DNA of 64,000 nucleotides from Candidatus Latescibacterota bacterium. GTDB taxonomy: Bacteria > Latescibacterota > UBA2968 > UBA8231. The position numbers were made by a program, and so were the translations under genes. Position 1 is the first letter of the stretch, and the number at the start of each line of letters is the position of its first letter. The notes beneath the pieces were generated by a model, which did not search any database, had not been told where the DNA came from, and saw only the letters and a program-made list of their open reading frames with translations. The DNA lies in assembly GCA_965215195.1 (NCBI GenBank), contig CBDCDC010000001.1, positions 1,207,908 through 1,271,907 of the forward strand, in the 5' to 3' direction. Shown piece after piece: positions 18,081 through 27,610 of this stretch.

Positions 18081-18985
18081 CAGGGCACCTGCAAGAGGTC
18101 GTCGGCACCTTGGGCGCGTAGGGCGTCTGCAAGAGATGCGCCTAGGGACTCGGCACAGGCGCGGGGAGCGCGCAGTTCGGTGCGCAGCAACTGGGTGCCT
18201 TCGGGATGGCCCACCAAGCCGTCGAGCGCGAGGAGGTCGCCCTCGATGCGGCCCCAAGTGCCGACGGGCGCGTGGCACCCGGCGCGTAGAGTGTGCAGTA
18301 GGTGGCGCTCGGCTTGTACCGCAGCTAAAGTTGGGGCGTGGTTGAGAGCTGCGACAGTGGGACGCGCCGGGTGATCGGTGCGCATTTGCAGCCCTAAAGC
18401 GCCTTGGCCGGGCGCGGGCAGGACCTGATGCAGGGGCAGGTAGCAGCCGACGCGCTCCTGCCAGCCGAGGCGGTTGAGTCCGGCAACGGCCAAGACGACG
18501 GCCTCGCACTCGCCGCGCCCGGCCTTGTCGATGCGGGTGTCTAGGTTGCCGCGGATATCTAGGATGTTCAGGTCGGGCCGCAGGGCCTTGAGTTGGGCGC
18601 GGCGGCGCAGGCTGCCCGTGCCCACCCGTGCGCCATCCGGCAAGTCGGCCAGCGAAAATATGCCGGGGCCGACGAGGGCGTCGCGCACATCTTCGCGCTC
18701 GGGCGTGGCGACGAGGGCGAGGTCGGGGTGCATCTGGGTCGGCAGGTCTTTGAGGCTGTGAACCGCTAGGTCAATGTGCTCGGCTAGTAGAGCGGATTCG
18801 AGGGCTTTGGTAAAAACGCCCGTGCCTCCCAAGCTACGCAGCGAATCCGTCGTCGCGTCGCCGGTGGTGCGGATAATTGAAATCTCAATGTCCAGCCCGT
18901 CGTGCAACGCCAGCAAGCGGTTGCGGACCTCGTGGGCTTGGACGCGGGCGAGTTGGCTGCCGCGGCTGCCGATGACGAGTTTCAC
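18080..18985 (-). CDS. hemC: Hydroxymethylbilane synthase
   Basis: IGSRGSQLA, GVFTKALE, VHSLKDLP, GTGSLRR, IRGNLDTR, PAPGQGAL, AGCHAP. Confidence 0.96.
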   Translation of the reverse strand: MKLVIGSRGSQLARVQAHEVRNRLLALHDGLDIEISIIRTTGDATTDSLRSLGGTGVFTKALESALLAEHIDLAVHSLKDLPTQMHPDLALVATPEREDVRDALVGPGIFSLADLPDGARVGTGSLRRRAQLKALRPDLNILDIRGNLDTRIDKAGRGECEAVVLAVAGLNRLGWQERVGCYLPLHQVLPAPGQGALGLQMRTDHPARPTVAALNHAPTLAAVQAERHLLHTLRAGCHAPVGTWGRIEGDLLALDGLVGHPEGTQLLRTELRAPRACAESLGASLADALRAQGADDLLQVP

Positions 18986-19012
18986 GAGGTGTGGCCGTAG
19001 GGTGTATATAGA

Positions 19013-19049
19013 GCAAGGGAAGATTCCCCCAGTGGAAATCTTCCCTTGC
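19013..19049 (-). terminator. Hairpin after glnA (probable terminator)
   Basis: Perfect 13-bp stem GCAAGGGAAGATT / AATCTTCCCTTGC 27 nt past the glnA stop; weak U-tract. Confidence 0.6.
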
Positions 19050-19075
19050 CGCGAGTGCCCGTAGGTTGGTAGGGT

Positions 19076-20545
19076 TTACACGTCGTAGTAGAGTGCGAAC
19101 TCATAGGGATGGGGCCGCAAGCGGATGGCATCGACCTCCTCGGTGCGCTTGTAGTTGATCCACGCGTCGATCAGGTCGTCGGAGAACACATCCCCCTGCA
19201 ACAGAAAGTCCCGATCCTGATTCAAGTGATCCAACGAATCCTCCAACGACCCGGCTGTCTGCGGCACCCCGGCTCGCTCCTCGGCCGACAGATCATACAG
19301 ATTCTTGTCCAGCGGTGCCCCCGGATCCCGCTGCTGCTCAATCCCGTCCAGCCCCGCCATCAGCATCGCCGACAGCGCCAAGTACAGATTGCACGACGGA
19401 TCCGGACAGCGAAACTCCACCCGCTTGCTCTTGGGACTGGGCGAATACATTGGAATGCGCACGGCCGCACTGCGGTTGCGCTGGGAATACGCCAAGTTCA
19501 CCGGCGCTTCGTAGCCGGGCACCAGCCGCTTGTAGGAGTTGGTCGTCGGGTTGGTGAACGCCAGCAGCGCCGGCGCGTGGTGCAACAGCCCGCCGATGTA
19601 GTGCAGTGCCATCGGGCTGAGGCCGGCGTAGCCGTTGCCGGCAAACAGGGGCTGGTCGCCCTGCCACAGGCTCTGGTGAGTGTGCATGCCCGTGCCGTTG
19701 TCCTCAAACAGCGGCTTGGGCATGAACGTGGCCGTCTTGCCGTGCTGCCGCGCCACGTTCTTGACGATGTACTTGTACAGCATCATCCGGTCGGCGCACA
19801 CCAGCAGCGGACAAAAGCGGATGTCGATTTCGCCTTGGCCGGCCGTGCCCACCTCGTGGTGGTGAATCTCCACGTCAATGCCGCAGGCAATCATGGTCTG
19901 CACCATCTGGGTGCGGAGGTCTTGCAGGGAGTCGGTCGGCGGCACGGGAAAGTAGCCGCCCTTGTAGTCGGGCTTGTAGCCTAAGTTGGGGCCTTCGGCT
20001 GAACCGCTGTTCCAGCGGCCTTCGGCCGAGTCGATCGCGTAGAAGCCCTGATGGGCTTGCTGATCGAAGCGGATGTTGTCGAAGACGAAAAACTCGGCTT
20101 CGGGGCCGAAGTAGGCCGTGTCGGCCAGCTGGGTGTGTAGCAGGTAGGCTTGGGCGCGCTGGGCAACGCCGCGCGGATCGCGGGCATAGGGCTGGCGGGT
20201 GATGGGGTCTTCAATGGAGCAGACCAAAGACAGGGTGGGCACTTGGGTGAACGGGTCCATCACGGCCGTGGTTGGATCGGGTATCACCAGCATGTCGGAT
20301 TCGTTGATTTCCTGCCAGCCGCGAATGGAGGAGCCGTCGAAGCCGAGGCCGTCGTCGAACAGGTCGGGGGTGAGGTCGGCGGCGGGCATGGTGAAGTGCT
20401 GCCAGATGCCGGGCAGATCGACGAACTTGAAATCGACCATCTGGGCTTTGTGCTGGCGGCCTAAGGCCAGCGCGGACTCAATCGCGCTGGGCCCAGAGGA
20501 CTTGGCTTTGGTTTTGGCTTTCGGTTTGGCTTTGGCTTTGGCCAT
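19076..20545 (-). CDS. glnA: Type I glutamine synthetase
   Basis: [62 protein letters not shown] adenylylation site. Confidence 0.97.
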   Translation of the reverse strand: MAKAKAKPKAKTKAKSSGPSAIESALALGRQHKAQMVDFKFVDLPGIWQHFTMPAADLTPDLFDDGLGFDGSSIRGWQEINESDMLVIPDPTTAVMDPFTQVPTLSLVCSIEDPITRQPYARDPRGVAQRAQAYLLHTQLADTAYFGPEAEFFVFDNIRFDQQAHQGFYAIDSAEGRWNSGSAEGPNLGYKPDYKGGYFPVPPTDSLQDLRTQMVQTMIACGIDVEIHHHEVGTAGQGEIDIRFCPLLVCADRMMLYKYIVKNVARQHGKTATFMPKPLFEDNGTGMHTHQSLWQGDQPLFAGNGYAGLSPMALHYIGGLLHHAPALLAFTNPTTNSYKRLVPGYEAPVNLAYSQRNRSAAVRIPMYSPSPKSKRVEFRCPDPSCNLYLALSAMLMAGLDGIEQQRDPGAPLDKNLYDLSAEERAGVPQTAGSLEDSLDHLNQDRDFLLQGDVFSDDLIDAWINYKRTEEVDAIRLRPHPYEFALYYDV

Positions 20546-20604
20546 GAGAAGTCCTTTCTCGCGTCGAATAATGCTTTAAGGTGGTTAAACAAAACAAAGA
20601 TTCA

Positions 20605-20633
20605 ATAGTACGATCCTGTAAATTGGCTGTCAA
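20605..20633 (-). promoter_or_regulatory. Sigma-70 promoter of glnA
   Basis: TTGACA-N17-TACTAT on the minus strand. Confidence 0.75.
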
Positions 20634-20652
20634 GCAAGTTGGTAAGCGAACC

Positions 20653-20680
20653 TTGACAAGCAATCGGCGGCTTTTATTAT
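20653..20680 (+). promoter_or_regulatory. Sigma-70 promoter of the hrcA operon
   Basis: TTGACA-N16-TATTAT. Confidence 0.7.
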
Positions 20681-20734
20681 TTCTCAAAGTCAGTATTTAT
20701 CTAAAGTTTATGCCGCTGGAGATGCTTTCCGGCC

Positions 20735-21769
20735 ATGGCCACTATCCCGCTATCCAAACGCGAAATCCAAGTTCTTCTTGCCTTGGTTAAAGTCCACGTT
20801 GCCCTCGGCGTCCCGGTTGGCTCGCAGACGTTGAACCAGCGCGAGAACTTGGGCGTTAGCTCGGCTACCATACGCAATACCTTGGCCTCTCTAGAGGAAA
20901 AGGGCTACGTCTGCCAGCCCCATGTCTCGGCAGGCCGCATTCCCTCTGAAAAGGGCTACCGATTCTACGTGCAGCGCTGCATGGCAACGGCAGACGATGG
21001 TTCGGACTCGGTCGGGGTCGTCCTGCGGCAGCAGATGGAGGCCGCACAACAAGAGGGCGATTACGAGGAGATCCTGCATCAACTGGCGCGGACCATCGGC
21101 GATCTGTCGAATCAACTCGGGTTGGTTTTGGCGCCGCGCTTCAAGCAGGGCATCTTTCACAAGCTGGAGCTTTGGCGCTTGGGGGAGCGTCGCCTGTTGC
21201 TCGTCATCACGATCCGCGGGGGCCTGACAAAGAGCTTGATGGTCGAAGTAAATTGTGCGGTGTCGCAGCGCGACCTAGAGGCACTGAGCCGGCTTTTTAA
21301 CGAGCGCTTGCACGGGTTGGCGATGGCTGAAATCCAAGACGCGGTCGAGGAGCGAATGGCCGAGTTGGGGCCGGTTTCGCGGCCGGTTGTGGAGGCCGTC
21401 GTGCGGCAGATCGAAGACTTGGCCACTACGCGCGGTGCCGATCTCCACGTCTCGGGGACCCGCAATCTCTGCCTAAAGCCCGAATTTGACGATCCGAGCC
21501 AAGTGGCTAGTTTGGTCGATTTGGTGGAGAAAAAGGACATCCTCGCCCAGCTTATGAGCGAGCGGCGCGGCGTGGTTATCACCATTGGTTCCGAGCACCG
21601 GCAGCGGGCGATGGGGCGGTGCAGCATGGTGACGGCTAGCTACGAGGTCACCGGAGCCAAAGGCGTGATCGGCGTGATCGGCGTGATCGGCCCGACGCGC
21701 ATGCCCTACAGGTCCTTGGTGAACTTGGTCAATTGCGCGGCCTCCCGAGCGGCGAGTCTAGTCTGCTAA
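20735..21769 (+). CDS. hrcA: Heat-inducible transcription repressor
   Basis: PVGSQTL, SSATIRN, QPHVSAGRIPSEKGYRFYV, ITIGSE, GVIGPTRM.Y; upstream of grpE. Confidence 0.93.
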   Translation: MATIPLSKREIQVLLALVKVHVALGVPVGSQTLNQRENLGVSSATIRNTLASLEEKGYVCQPHVSAGRIPSEKGYRFYVQRCMATADDGSDSVGVVLRQQMEAAQQEGDYEEILHQLARTIGDLSNQLGLVLAPRFKQGIFHKLELWRLGERRLLLVITIRGGLTKSLMVEVNCAVSQRDLEALSRLFNERLHGLAMAEIQDAVEERMAELGPVSRPVVEAVVRQIEDLATTRGADLHVSGTRNLCLKPEFDDPSQVASLVDLVEKKDILAQLMSERRGVVITIGSEHRQRAMGRCSMVTASYEVTGAKGVIGVIGVIGPTRMPYRSLVNLVNCAASRAASLVC

Positions 21770-21800
21770 CGAGTTCACAAGTTAAGAGTAAGGAGCGTCG

Positions 21801-22412
21801 ATGAGCGAGCGCGAAACTCAGGACCGCGTCGCAGTAGAAGAAGCGAGCGCGGAGGATGTCGTCGAACCGCAGGCGGAAGCGGTGGCGGAACCCCAAGAAG
21901 CAGCAGCAGCGGCGGAATCACAGGAAGCAGCAGCAGAGCCTGAGGCCGATGGGCGGGCCGAACTCGAGGCTGCTCGCGCCGAGGCGGCGGCAAATTACGA
22001 CCGCTATGTGCGGGCGGTCGCCGAGTTGGATAACTACCGCAAGCGCACGGTGCGGATGCGCACGGAAGCCCGGGATGAGACCGTGCGCGATGTCTTGTTG
22101 CAAGTCGCGCCGATCTTGGACAACTTGCGCCGCGCCCTCCATCAGGAGACCCAAGAAGTCGATTTACTCAAGCAAGGCGTCGAGTTGATTTGCGGCCAAT
22201 TCAACGACGTCCTCAAAGGCTATGGGCTAGCCGAGATCGAGGCGGTGGGACAGCCTTTTGACCCCAAAGTCCACGAGGCCCTAGCCGAAGTCCCGGACGG
22301 CGAGCACTCCCCGGGCACGGTCATTGAGGAGATGGAGAAGGGCTACAAACTCAACGACAAGGTGGTCCGTTACGCGCGCGTCGTCGTCAGCAAGGCCAGC
22401 GCGGAGAGTTGA
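21801..22412 (+). CDS. grpE: Nucleotide exchange factor GrpE
   Basis: AELDNYRKR, LDNLRRA, FDPKVHEA, KGYKLNDKVVR. Confidence 0.95.
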   Translation: MSERETQDRVAVEEASAEDVVEPQAEAVAEPQEAAAAAESQEAAAEPEADGRAELEAARAEAAANYDRYVRAVAELDNYRKRTVRMRTEARDETVRDVLLQVAPILDNLRRALHQETQEVDLLKQGVELICGQFNDVLKGYGLAEIEAVGQPFDPKVHEALAEVPDGEHSPGTVIEEMEKGYKLNDKVVRYARVVVSKASAES

Positions 22413-22420
22413 GGAACCGA

Positions 22421-23560
22421 ATGTCCAAAAGGGACTACTACGAGGTACTGGGCGTCGAGCGAGACGCCAGCGAAAACGCGATCAAAGGGGCCTACCGCAA
22501 GAAGGCCCTGAAGTACCATCCCGATCGCAATCCCGGAGACGCAGCGGCCGAAGAGCAATTCAAGGAGGCTTCCGAAGCATACGAGGTGCTTTCGGATCCA
22601 GAGAAGAAGGCCGCGTACGATCGCTATGGCCACGCCGGCATTGAGAGCGATTTCAGCAGCGGTGGCTTTCAGTGGTCGGATTTTACGCACGCTGGCGATT
22701 TTCAAGACATTTTCGGCGATATTTTTGAGAGTTTCTTCGGCGGGGGTCGGCGGTCGCGGGGATCGGTGAAGCCAAAAGGTCGCGACTTGAAAATCAAGGT
22801 GGCCTTGACCTTAGAAGAGATCGCCACAGGCGTAGAAAAGAACATCGCCCTGACGCGCTTGCAGCGCTGCAAAAGCTGCGAGGGGACCGGCGCGGCCGGT
22901 GGAGCAGGCCGCAGGGCCTGCGGCACTTGCGGCGGGCGGGGTCAAGTGCACCAGAGGGGGCACACCCTCTTTGGGCCGTCGATGACCGTGGTGACGTGTC
23001 CGACCTGCGAAGGGGAGGGCCACATTGTGTCCAATCCCTGTCCAGAGTGCCGGGGCGAGGGCCGCGAGCGCGGCCAAACGACCCTGACGGTGCGGATCCC
23101 CGCCGGCGTCCAGGAAGGCAACTACATTCCATTGCGCGGCCAAGGCGAAGTCGGGCCGCGCGGGGGGCCAGCCGGGGATTGCTTGGTCTTTATAGAGGAA
23201 AAAGAGCACGCCTATTTCACCCGCGACGGCAACCACGTGATCTACCAATTGCCCTTGGGCTTTGGCCAAGCCGCACTAGGCACAGAGGTAGAAGTCCCGA
23301 CCTTGTCCGGCAAGGCCATGTTGAAGATCCCCGCTGGCACCCAATCCGGGCGCATCTTCCGCATGGGCGGCCGGGGCATCCCAGACGTCAACGGCCGCGG
23401 CGTCGGCGACCAGCTAGTCGAGGTCGTCTTGTGGACTCCCGAGGGCCTCAGCCGACGAGAGCGCGAACTTTTTGCCGAGCTAGCCCAGCTCGAACAAGCG
23501 CGCGTCGCCAAAGAGGGCGAGAGCTTCTTCGCCAAAGTGCGCAAGGCCTTCCGGTCCTAA
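22421..23560 (+). CDS. dnaJ: Chaperone DnaJ
   Basis: DYYEVLGV, HPD motif, G/F region, four CxxCxGxG zinc repeats. Confidence 0.96.
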   Translation: MSKRDYYEVLGVERDASENAIKGAYRKKALKYHPDRNPGDAAAEEQFKEASEAYEVLSDPEKKAAYDRYGHAGIESDFSSGGFQWSDFTHAGDFQDIFGDIFESFFGGGRRSRGSVKPKGRDLKIKVALTLEEIATGVEKNIALTRLQRCKSCEGTGAAGGAGRRACGTCGGRGQVHQRGHTLFGPSMTVVTCPTCEGEGHIVSNPCPECRGEGRERGQTTLTVRIPAGVQEGNYIPLRGQGEVGPRGGPAGDCLVFIEEKEHAYFTRDGNHVIYQLPLGFGQAALGTEVEVPTLSGKAMLKIPAGTQSGRIFRMGGRGIPDVNGRGVGDQLVEVVLWTPEGLSRRERELFAELAQLEQARVAKEGESFFAKVRKAFRS

Positions 23561-23566
23561 AAGCAG

Positions 23567-24346
23567 GTGCGCTTGTCCGTTCCCCGAACCGGCCCCTTAG
23601 CCCAAGTGCGCCATGCCATCGCCATTGCCAGCGCCAAGGGCGGCGTGGGCAAATCAACGGTAAGTATCAACTTGGCCGTGAGTCTGGCGGCCCAAGGGGC
23701 TCGCGTCGGCCTCCTCGACGCCGACATCTACGGCCCGAGCATTCCCTTGATGATGGGTATCAGGCAGCAGCCCGCAACCGGGCTGGAGGGCACTATGCGC
23801 CCGGTGTACAAGGCCGGGGTCGCCCTGATGTCGATTGGTTTTATCGCCGGCGAGGACGCGCCCGTGGTCTGGCGCGGGCCGCTCTTGGCCCGGGCCTTGC
23901 AGCAGTTTTTGAACCAAGTTGAGTGGGGTCCGCTCGACTATTTGTTGATCGATCTGCCGCCTGGCACCGGAGATGTGCCGCTTACCTTGAGCCAAGCCGT
24001 AGCCCTGTCCGGTGCCTTGATCGTGACCACTCCGCAGAGCGTGGCGCTAGAGGATGTGGAGCGGGGCATTGCCATGTTTGCCAAGGTTGAGGTGGATATC
24101 CTCGGGATCGTCGAAAACATGAGCTACTACACGTGCAGCCAATGCGGCCAACGCCACGAGATATTCGGGTGCGGCGGGGGGCGCGAGGCCGCGGAGCGGT
24201 TGGGGTTGCCCTTTTTGGGGGCGCTGCCCCTCTCGGCTGCAATCCGCCAGAGCGGAGATGAGGGGCGAGCCGCGCCCGACTCCCTTTTTGCCTCAATCGG
24301 CGAGGGTTTAGTCGCCGAGCTGGGCCGCTTGGAGGCCAGTGAATAA
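23567..24346 (+). CDS. mrp: Mrp/NBP35 (ApbC) Fe-S carrier ATPase
   Basis: SAKGGVGKST, DADIYGPS, WRGP, DLPPGTGD, VENMSYYTCSQC. Confidence 0.9.
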   Translation: MRLSVPRTGPLAQVRHAIAIASAKGGVGKSTVSINLAVSLAAQGARVGLLDADIYGPSIPLMMGIRQQPATGLEGTMRPVYKAGVALMSIGFIAGEDAPVVWRGPLLARALQQFLNQVEWGPLDYLLIDLPPGTGDVPLTLSQAVALSGALIVTTPQSVALEDVERGIAMFAKVEVDILGIVENMSYYTCSQCGQRHEIFGCGGGREAAERLGLPFLGALPLSAAIRQSGDEGRAAPDSLFASIGEGLVAELGRLEASE

Positions 24347-25220
24347 ACGGGCTTGGCACTGCTTGCGGCTAGAGGTGCCGGCGGCTTGCGCCGAAGAGGT
24401 GAGCGCGTGGGCGTACGCGCTGGGTAGCTGCGGCCTGCAGGCCGAGGAAGCGGGAGAGCGAACTCGGTTGAGCGCGTACTTTGCGGCCGAGCCGGTGTGC
24501 GATTTGGCTGGGGTGCGGCGCGAGCTGACGCATAGGCTCGCCGCGCTCGGCTTGGCCTCGCCGATAGGCACCGAATGCGTGGAGGAACGGGATTGGGAGA
24601 CCGAGTGGCGGCGGTTCTTTGCGCCGGTGTGGGCCACCGAGCGGATCGTCGTCCATCCTTCGTGGATTCCGGTCGAGATAGTCGAGGGCCAAATTGCCGT
24701 GCGCATAGATCCCAAAATGGCCTTTGGCACGGGCGCGCACGAATCAACCCAGCTCTGTTTGCAGGCTCTGGAGAGTTATCTGCGCCCCGGGGCGCGCTGT
24801 CTGGACTTGGGGACGGGCAGCGGCATTCTCAGCATTGCGGCCGCGCTGCTGGGGGCCGGGTCGGTGCTCGCCTTAGACATTGACGAGCAGGCCGTGGCCA
24901 ATGCGCGGGAAAACTTGGCCCACAACCGCATCGGCTCGCAGCAGGTTGAGGTGCGGCTGGGAGGGGTGGAGGCAGTCGCGGAAAGGTCCTTTGACTTGGT
25001 CTTGGCCAACATCCAAAGCCATGCGCTGCGGCCCCTTTTGGCCCCTTTGCGCGGTTTGTTGGCGGCGGATGGGCGGGTCGCGTTTTCGGGTTTGCTGGCG
25101 CGGGAAGAAGCGGCTTTTTGCCACTGGATCACAGAAGCTACATTGGAGGTCGATACCATTTTGGCAAAAGAGGCGTGGATCTGCGTGGTAGCGCGAAACT
25201 GTGGAGGCCAACTTGACTAG
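24339..25220 (+). CDS. prmA: Ribosomal protein L11 methyltransferase
   Basis: [38 protein letters not shown]. Confidence 0.93.
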   Translation: MNKRAWHCLRLEVPAACAEEVSAWAYALGSCGLQAEEAGERTRLSAYFAAEPVCDLAGVRRELTHRLAALGLASPIGTECVEERDWETEWRRFFAPVWATERIVVHPSWIPVEIVEGQIAVRIDPKMAFGTGAHESTQLCLQALESYLRPGARCLDLGTGSGILSIAAALLGAGSVLALDIDEQAVANARENLAHNRIGSQQVEVRLGGVEAVAERSFDLVLANIQSHALRPLLAPLRGLLAADGRVAFSGLLAREEAAFCHWITEATLEVDTILAKEAWICVVARNCGGQLD

Positions 25221-25665
25221 CATCCTAGTCCTACACGGACCCAATCTCAACTTGCTGGGAACGCGCGAGCCCGAGGTATATGGTCGGGAGACCTTGGCCG
25301 CGATCGACGCGTTGATTGCCGATCGCGCACAGCGGCTTGAAGTACAGGTGCGCTGCTGCCAATCCAATTGCGAGGGCGCACTAATCGACGCCTTGCACCA
25401 AGCCCAAGAGCAGGGCCTGCTGTTCAATCCGGGTGCTTTCACCCACTATAGCTTGGCCCTGCGCGACGCCGTGGCGGCCAAGGGGTTGCCGACCGTTGAG
25501 GTGCATCTGTCCAATGTCCACGCTCGGGAGGCGTTTCGCCAGCACTCGGTTATCGCGCCCGTCTGCCTCGGGCAAATCGCTGGGTTTGGCAGTTTTAGCT
25601 ATGTGCTCGGGCTAGAGGCTTTGGTGCAACACTTGCGGGGTGCGGAAGGTGCTCAGAACGAATAG
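25201..25665 (+). CDS. aroQ: Type II 3-dehydroquinate dehydratase
   Basis: [39 protein letters not shown]. Confidence 0.95.
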   Translation: MEANLTSILVLHGPNLNLLGTREPEVYGRETLAAIDALIADRAQRLEVQVRCCQSNCEGALIDALHQAQEQGLLFNPGAFTHYSLALRDAVAAKGLPTVEVHLSNVHAREAFRQHSVIAPVCLGQIAGFGSFSYVLGLEALVQHLRGAEGAQNE

Positions 25666-26237
25666 ACGTAGGATACGCCGATGCGCGGCTCGCCGTCGCG
25701 GAAACTGAGTTCGGGAAAGACGCGGCGGGTGCTTTTGCGCGGGATCAGGGCCACTCCGAGGCTGCCGACCGCGAGAACGGCTGTGGACCAGCCGTAGAGG
25801 CGGGCGCGATCGGCTTTGTCGTCGAGCTTTTGGGCGCGAGCTAGCTGGCCGTGTTCGCGGTTGAGGGCCGCTTCGGCTTCGTTGTCGGAAGCTCGGTCGA
25901 ATTGCAGCCAAGAGAGCAGGCTAAAGGCGAGGGCGCCCCCGAGAAAGCTGATGTAGGGAAACTCGGTCACCGAGATCGTTTGGGCACCCCCGCCCAGCGA
26001 TTCGAGGGTGACGATTTTGTCGATTTCGGTCTTGTCGAAAGTGAAGATCTTGTCGTTGACGCGCATGATGACCAGCTCTTGATCCCTTTCGACTAGATTG
26101 CCTTCCACCAAGCTGCCATCGGCTAGATAGAGTCGGGTGTCTGCCCCGGCGATAGGTTCCGGTTCCGTCTCGGCGAGGGCCAAGACGGGTTGCAAAACGA
26201 GGCACAAGCAGGCAACTAACGCCGTGTAGCGCTTCAT
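25653..26237 (-). CDS. Hypothetical exported/membrane protein
   Basis: Signal peptide [22 protein letters not shown]; two hydrophobic segments; ends in YSF; GAGGAG RBS; TTGACA-N16-TATATT promoter at 26261-26288. Confidence 0.7.
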   Translation of the reverse strand: MKRYTALVACLCLVLQPVLALAETEPEPIAGADTRLYLADGSLVEGNLVERDQELVIMRVNDKIFTFDKTEIDKIVTLESLGGGAQTISVTEFPYISFLGGALAFSLLSWLQFDRASDNEAEAALNREHGQLARAQKLDDKADRARLYGWSTAVLAVGSLGVALIPRKSTRRVFPELSFRDGEPRIGVSYVYSF

Positions 26238-26281
26238 GTTAAGGCTCCTCTCTTTTCGCAAATATACGAGGTCGATACCCC

Positions 26282-27610
26282 ATGTCAATAGATGAGACGT
26301 CTGCTGGTGTGAGCCGTTCCCGCGAACTCGCCGGCATGACGATCGCCCAGATACGCGTACAAGTGGCGGAATGGAAAAGCGGCGATCCAGGCTGGGCCTT
26401 GCTCGAAAAGGATGGCCGCGTCGGCGTCCGGCGCTTGGTGGTTGAGCGGCGTCGGCGCGATGCGCGGGAGCAGGCCGAGTGCCAGCGGCGCGAGCGGCTC
26501 CTGCACTTTGAACGGTCCCTCTGGGCCCAAGGAGTGCGCCGAGTGGCCGGCGTCGATGAGGCTGGGCGCGGTTGCTTGGCCGGGCCTGTGGTGGCCGCCG
26601 CGGTCGTTTTGTCGCCGGACTGTGCCATCGATGGGATCGACGATTCCAAGAAGCTGTCGCGGGCCCAGCGCGAAGCCCTGTACGAGGAGATTGCGGCCAA
26701 GGCCCTAGCCGTGGGGATAGGGCAGGTCGAGGCCGCCGAGATCGACAGGTTGAACATCCTGCAGGCCTCGCTCAAGGCCATGCGCTGGGCGTTGGAGAAT
26801 TTGCGCCCCCCGCCCGACCGAGTGCTGATCGACGGGCACCTGTCGGCGCACAGCCCCTATCCCGAGCAAGCCGTCATTGACGGAGACGCCCGCTCCCTGT
26901 CGATTGCCGCTGCCTCAATCGTGGCCAAAGTATACCGCGACCGCCTGATGTGCGAATGCGACATCCGCTATCCCGAATACGGGTTTGCCGCGCACAAGGG
27001 CTACGGCAGTGCCGCGCACTTAGCCGCGCTTGACGCCCATGGCCCGTGCCCGCTGCACCGCCGCAGTTTTGGCCCGGTGGCCGCGCGGATCGCCGAGCCG
27101 CGCTCGGAGCTTTTTCTTTCTTTTGCAGAGGGCATATACGACTGCGCCAACCTCGCCGAGTTAGAGCGGTTGGGACAGTTAGTCAAAGAGGCCGCGGACG
27201 ATTTAACGGCCGATGAGCTAGTGGCCTTGAGAGGGGTCTATCGGGAGCAGCGCGACAGGCTGGGGGACATCGGGCGGCGAGGTGAAGCGGAGGCCGCCGC
27301 CTATCTAAAAGAACGGGGCTATCGGATCCGGGCGCACCGCTATCGCGCTGCTGGAGGCGAGATCGACTTGGTGGCCGAAGAGAGGGAAGAGTTAGTCTTT
27401 GTCGAAGTAAAGTCCAGCCAGCGTGCGTCCCGCCCCGAACAAAGAGTGAATCGCGCCAAGCGGCAGCGTCTGACGCGGGCCGCCCAACACTATATCCAAT
27501 ATCGCGCCGCGGCCGATACGGCCTGCCGCTTCGACGTGATCGCCGTGTGGCTGCGCGCAGACGGTGCGGCGATTGAGCATTGGCCAGACGCGTTCCAGCT
27601 CCTCGACTAA
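26282..27610 (+). CDS. rnhB: Ribonuclease HII fused to a C-terminal YraN (UPF0102) PD-(D/E)xK domain
   Basis: GVDEAGRG, DDSKKL, DGDARSLSIAAASIVAK, HKGY, HRRSF; then GEAEAAAYL..GY, GEIDLVA, VFVEVK, RFDVIAV in the same frame; exact start uncertain (26282/26309/26336). Confidence 0.9.
   Translation: MSIDETSAGVSRSRELAGMTIAQIRVQVAEWKSGDPGWALLEKDGRVGVRRLVVERRRRDAREQAECQRRERLLHFERSLWAQGVRRVAGVDEAGRGCLAGPVVAAAVVLSPDCAIDGIDDSKKLSRAQREALYEEIAAKALAVGIGQVEAAEIDRLNILQASLKAMRWALENLRPPPDRVLIDGHLSAHSPYPEQAVIDGDARSLSIAAASIVAKVYRDRLMCECDIRYPEYGFAAHKGYGSAAHLAALDAHGPCPLHRRSFGPVAARIAEPRSELFLSFAEGIYDCANLAELERLGQLVKEAADDLTADELVALRGVYREQRDRLGDIGRRGEAEAAAYLKERGYRIRAHRYRAAGGEIDLVAEEREELVFVEVKSSQRASRPEQRVNRAKRQRLTRAAQHYIQYRAAADTACRFDVIAVWLRADGAAIEHWPDAFQLLD

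Noticed and set aside
19109-19984. 291-aa plus-strand ORF opposite glnA
   Set aside because: Antisense shadow with no recognisable domain.
22927-23922. 331-aa alternative-frame ORF over dnaJ and mrp
   Set aside because: Arg/Pro-rich off-frame translation of real genes.
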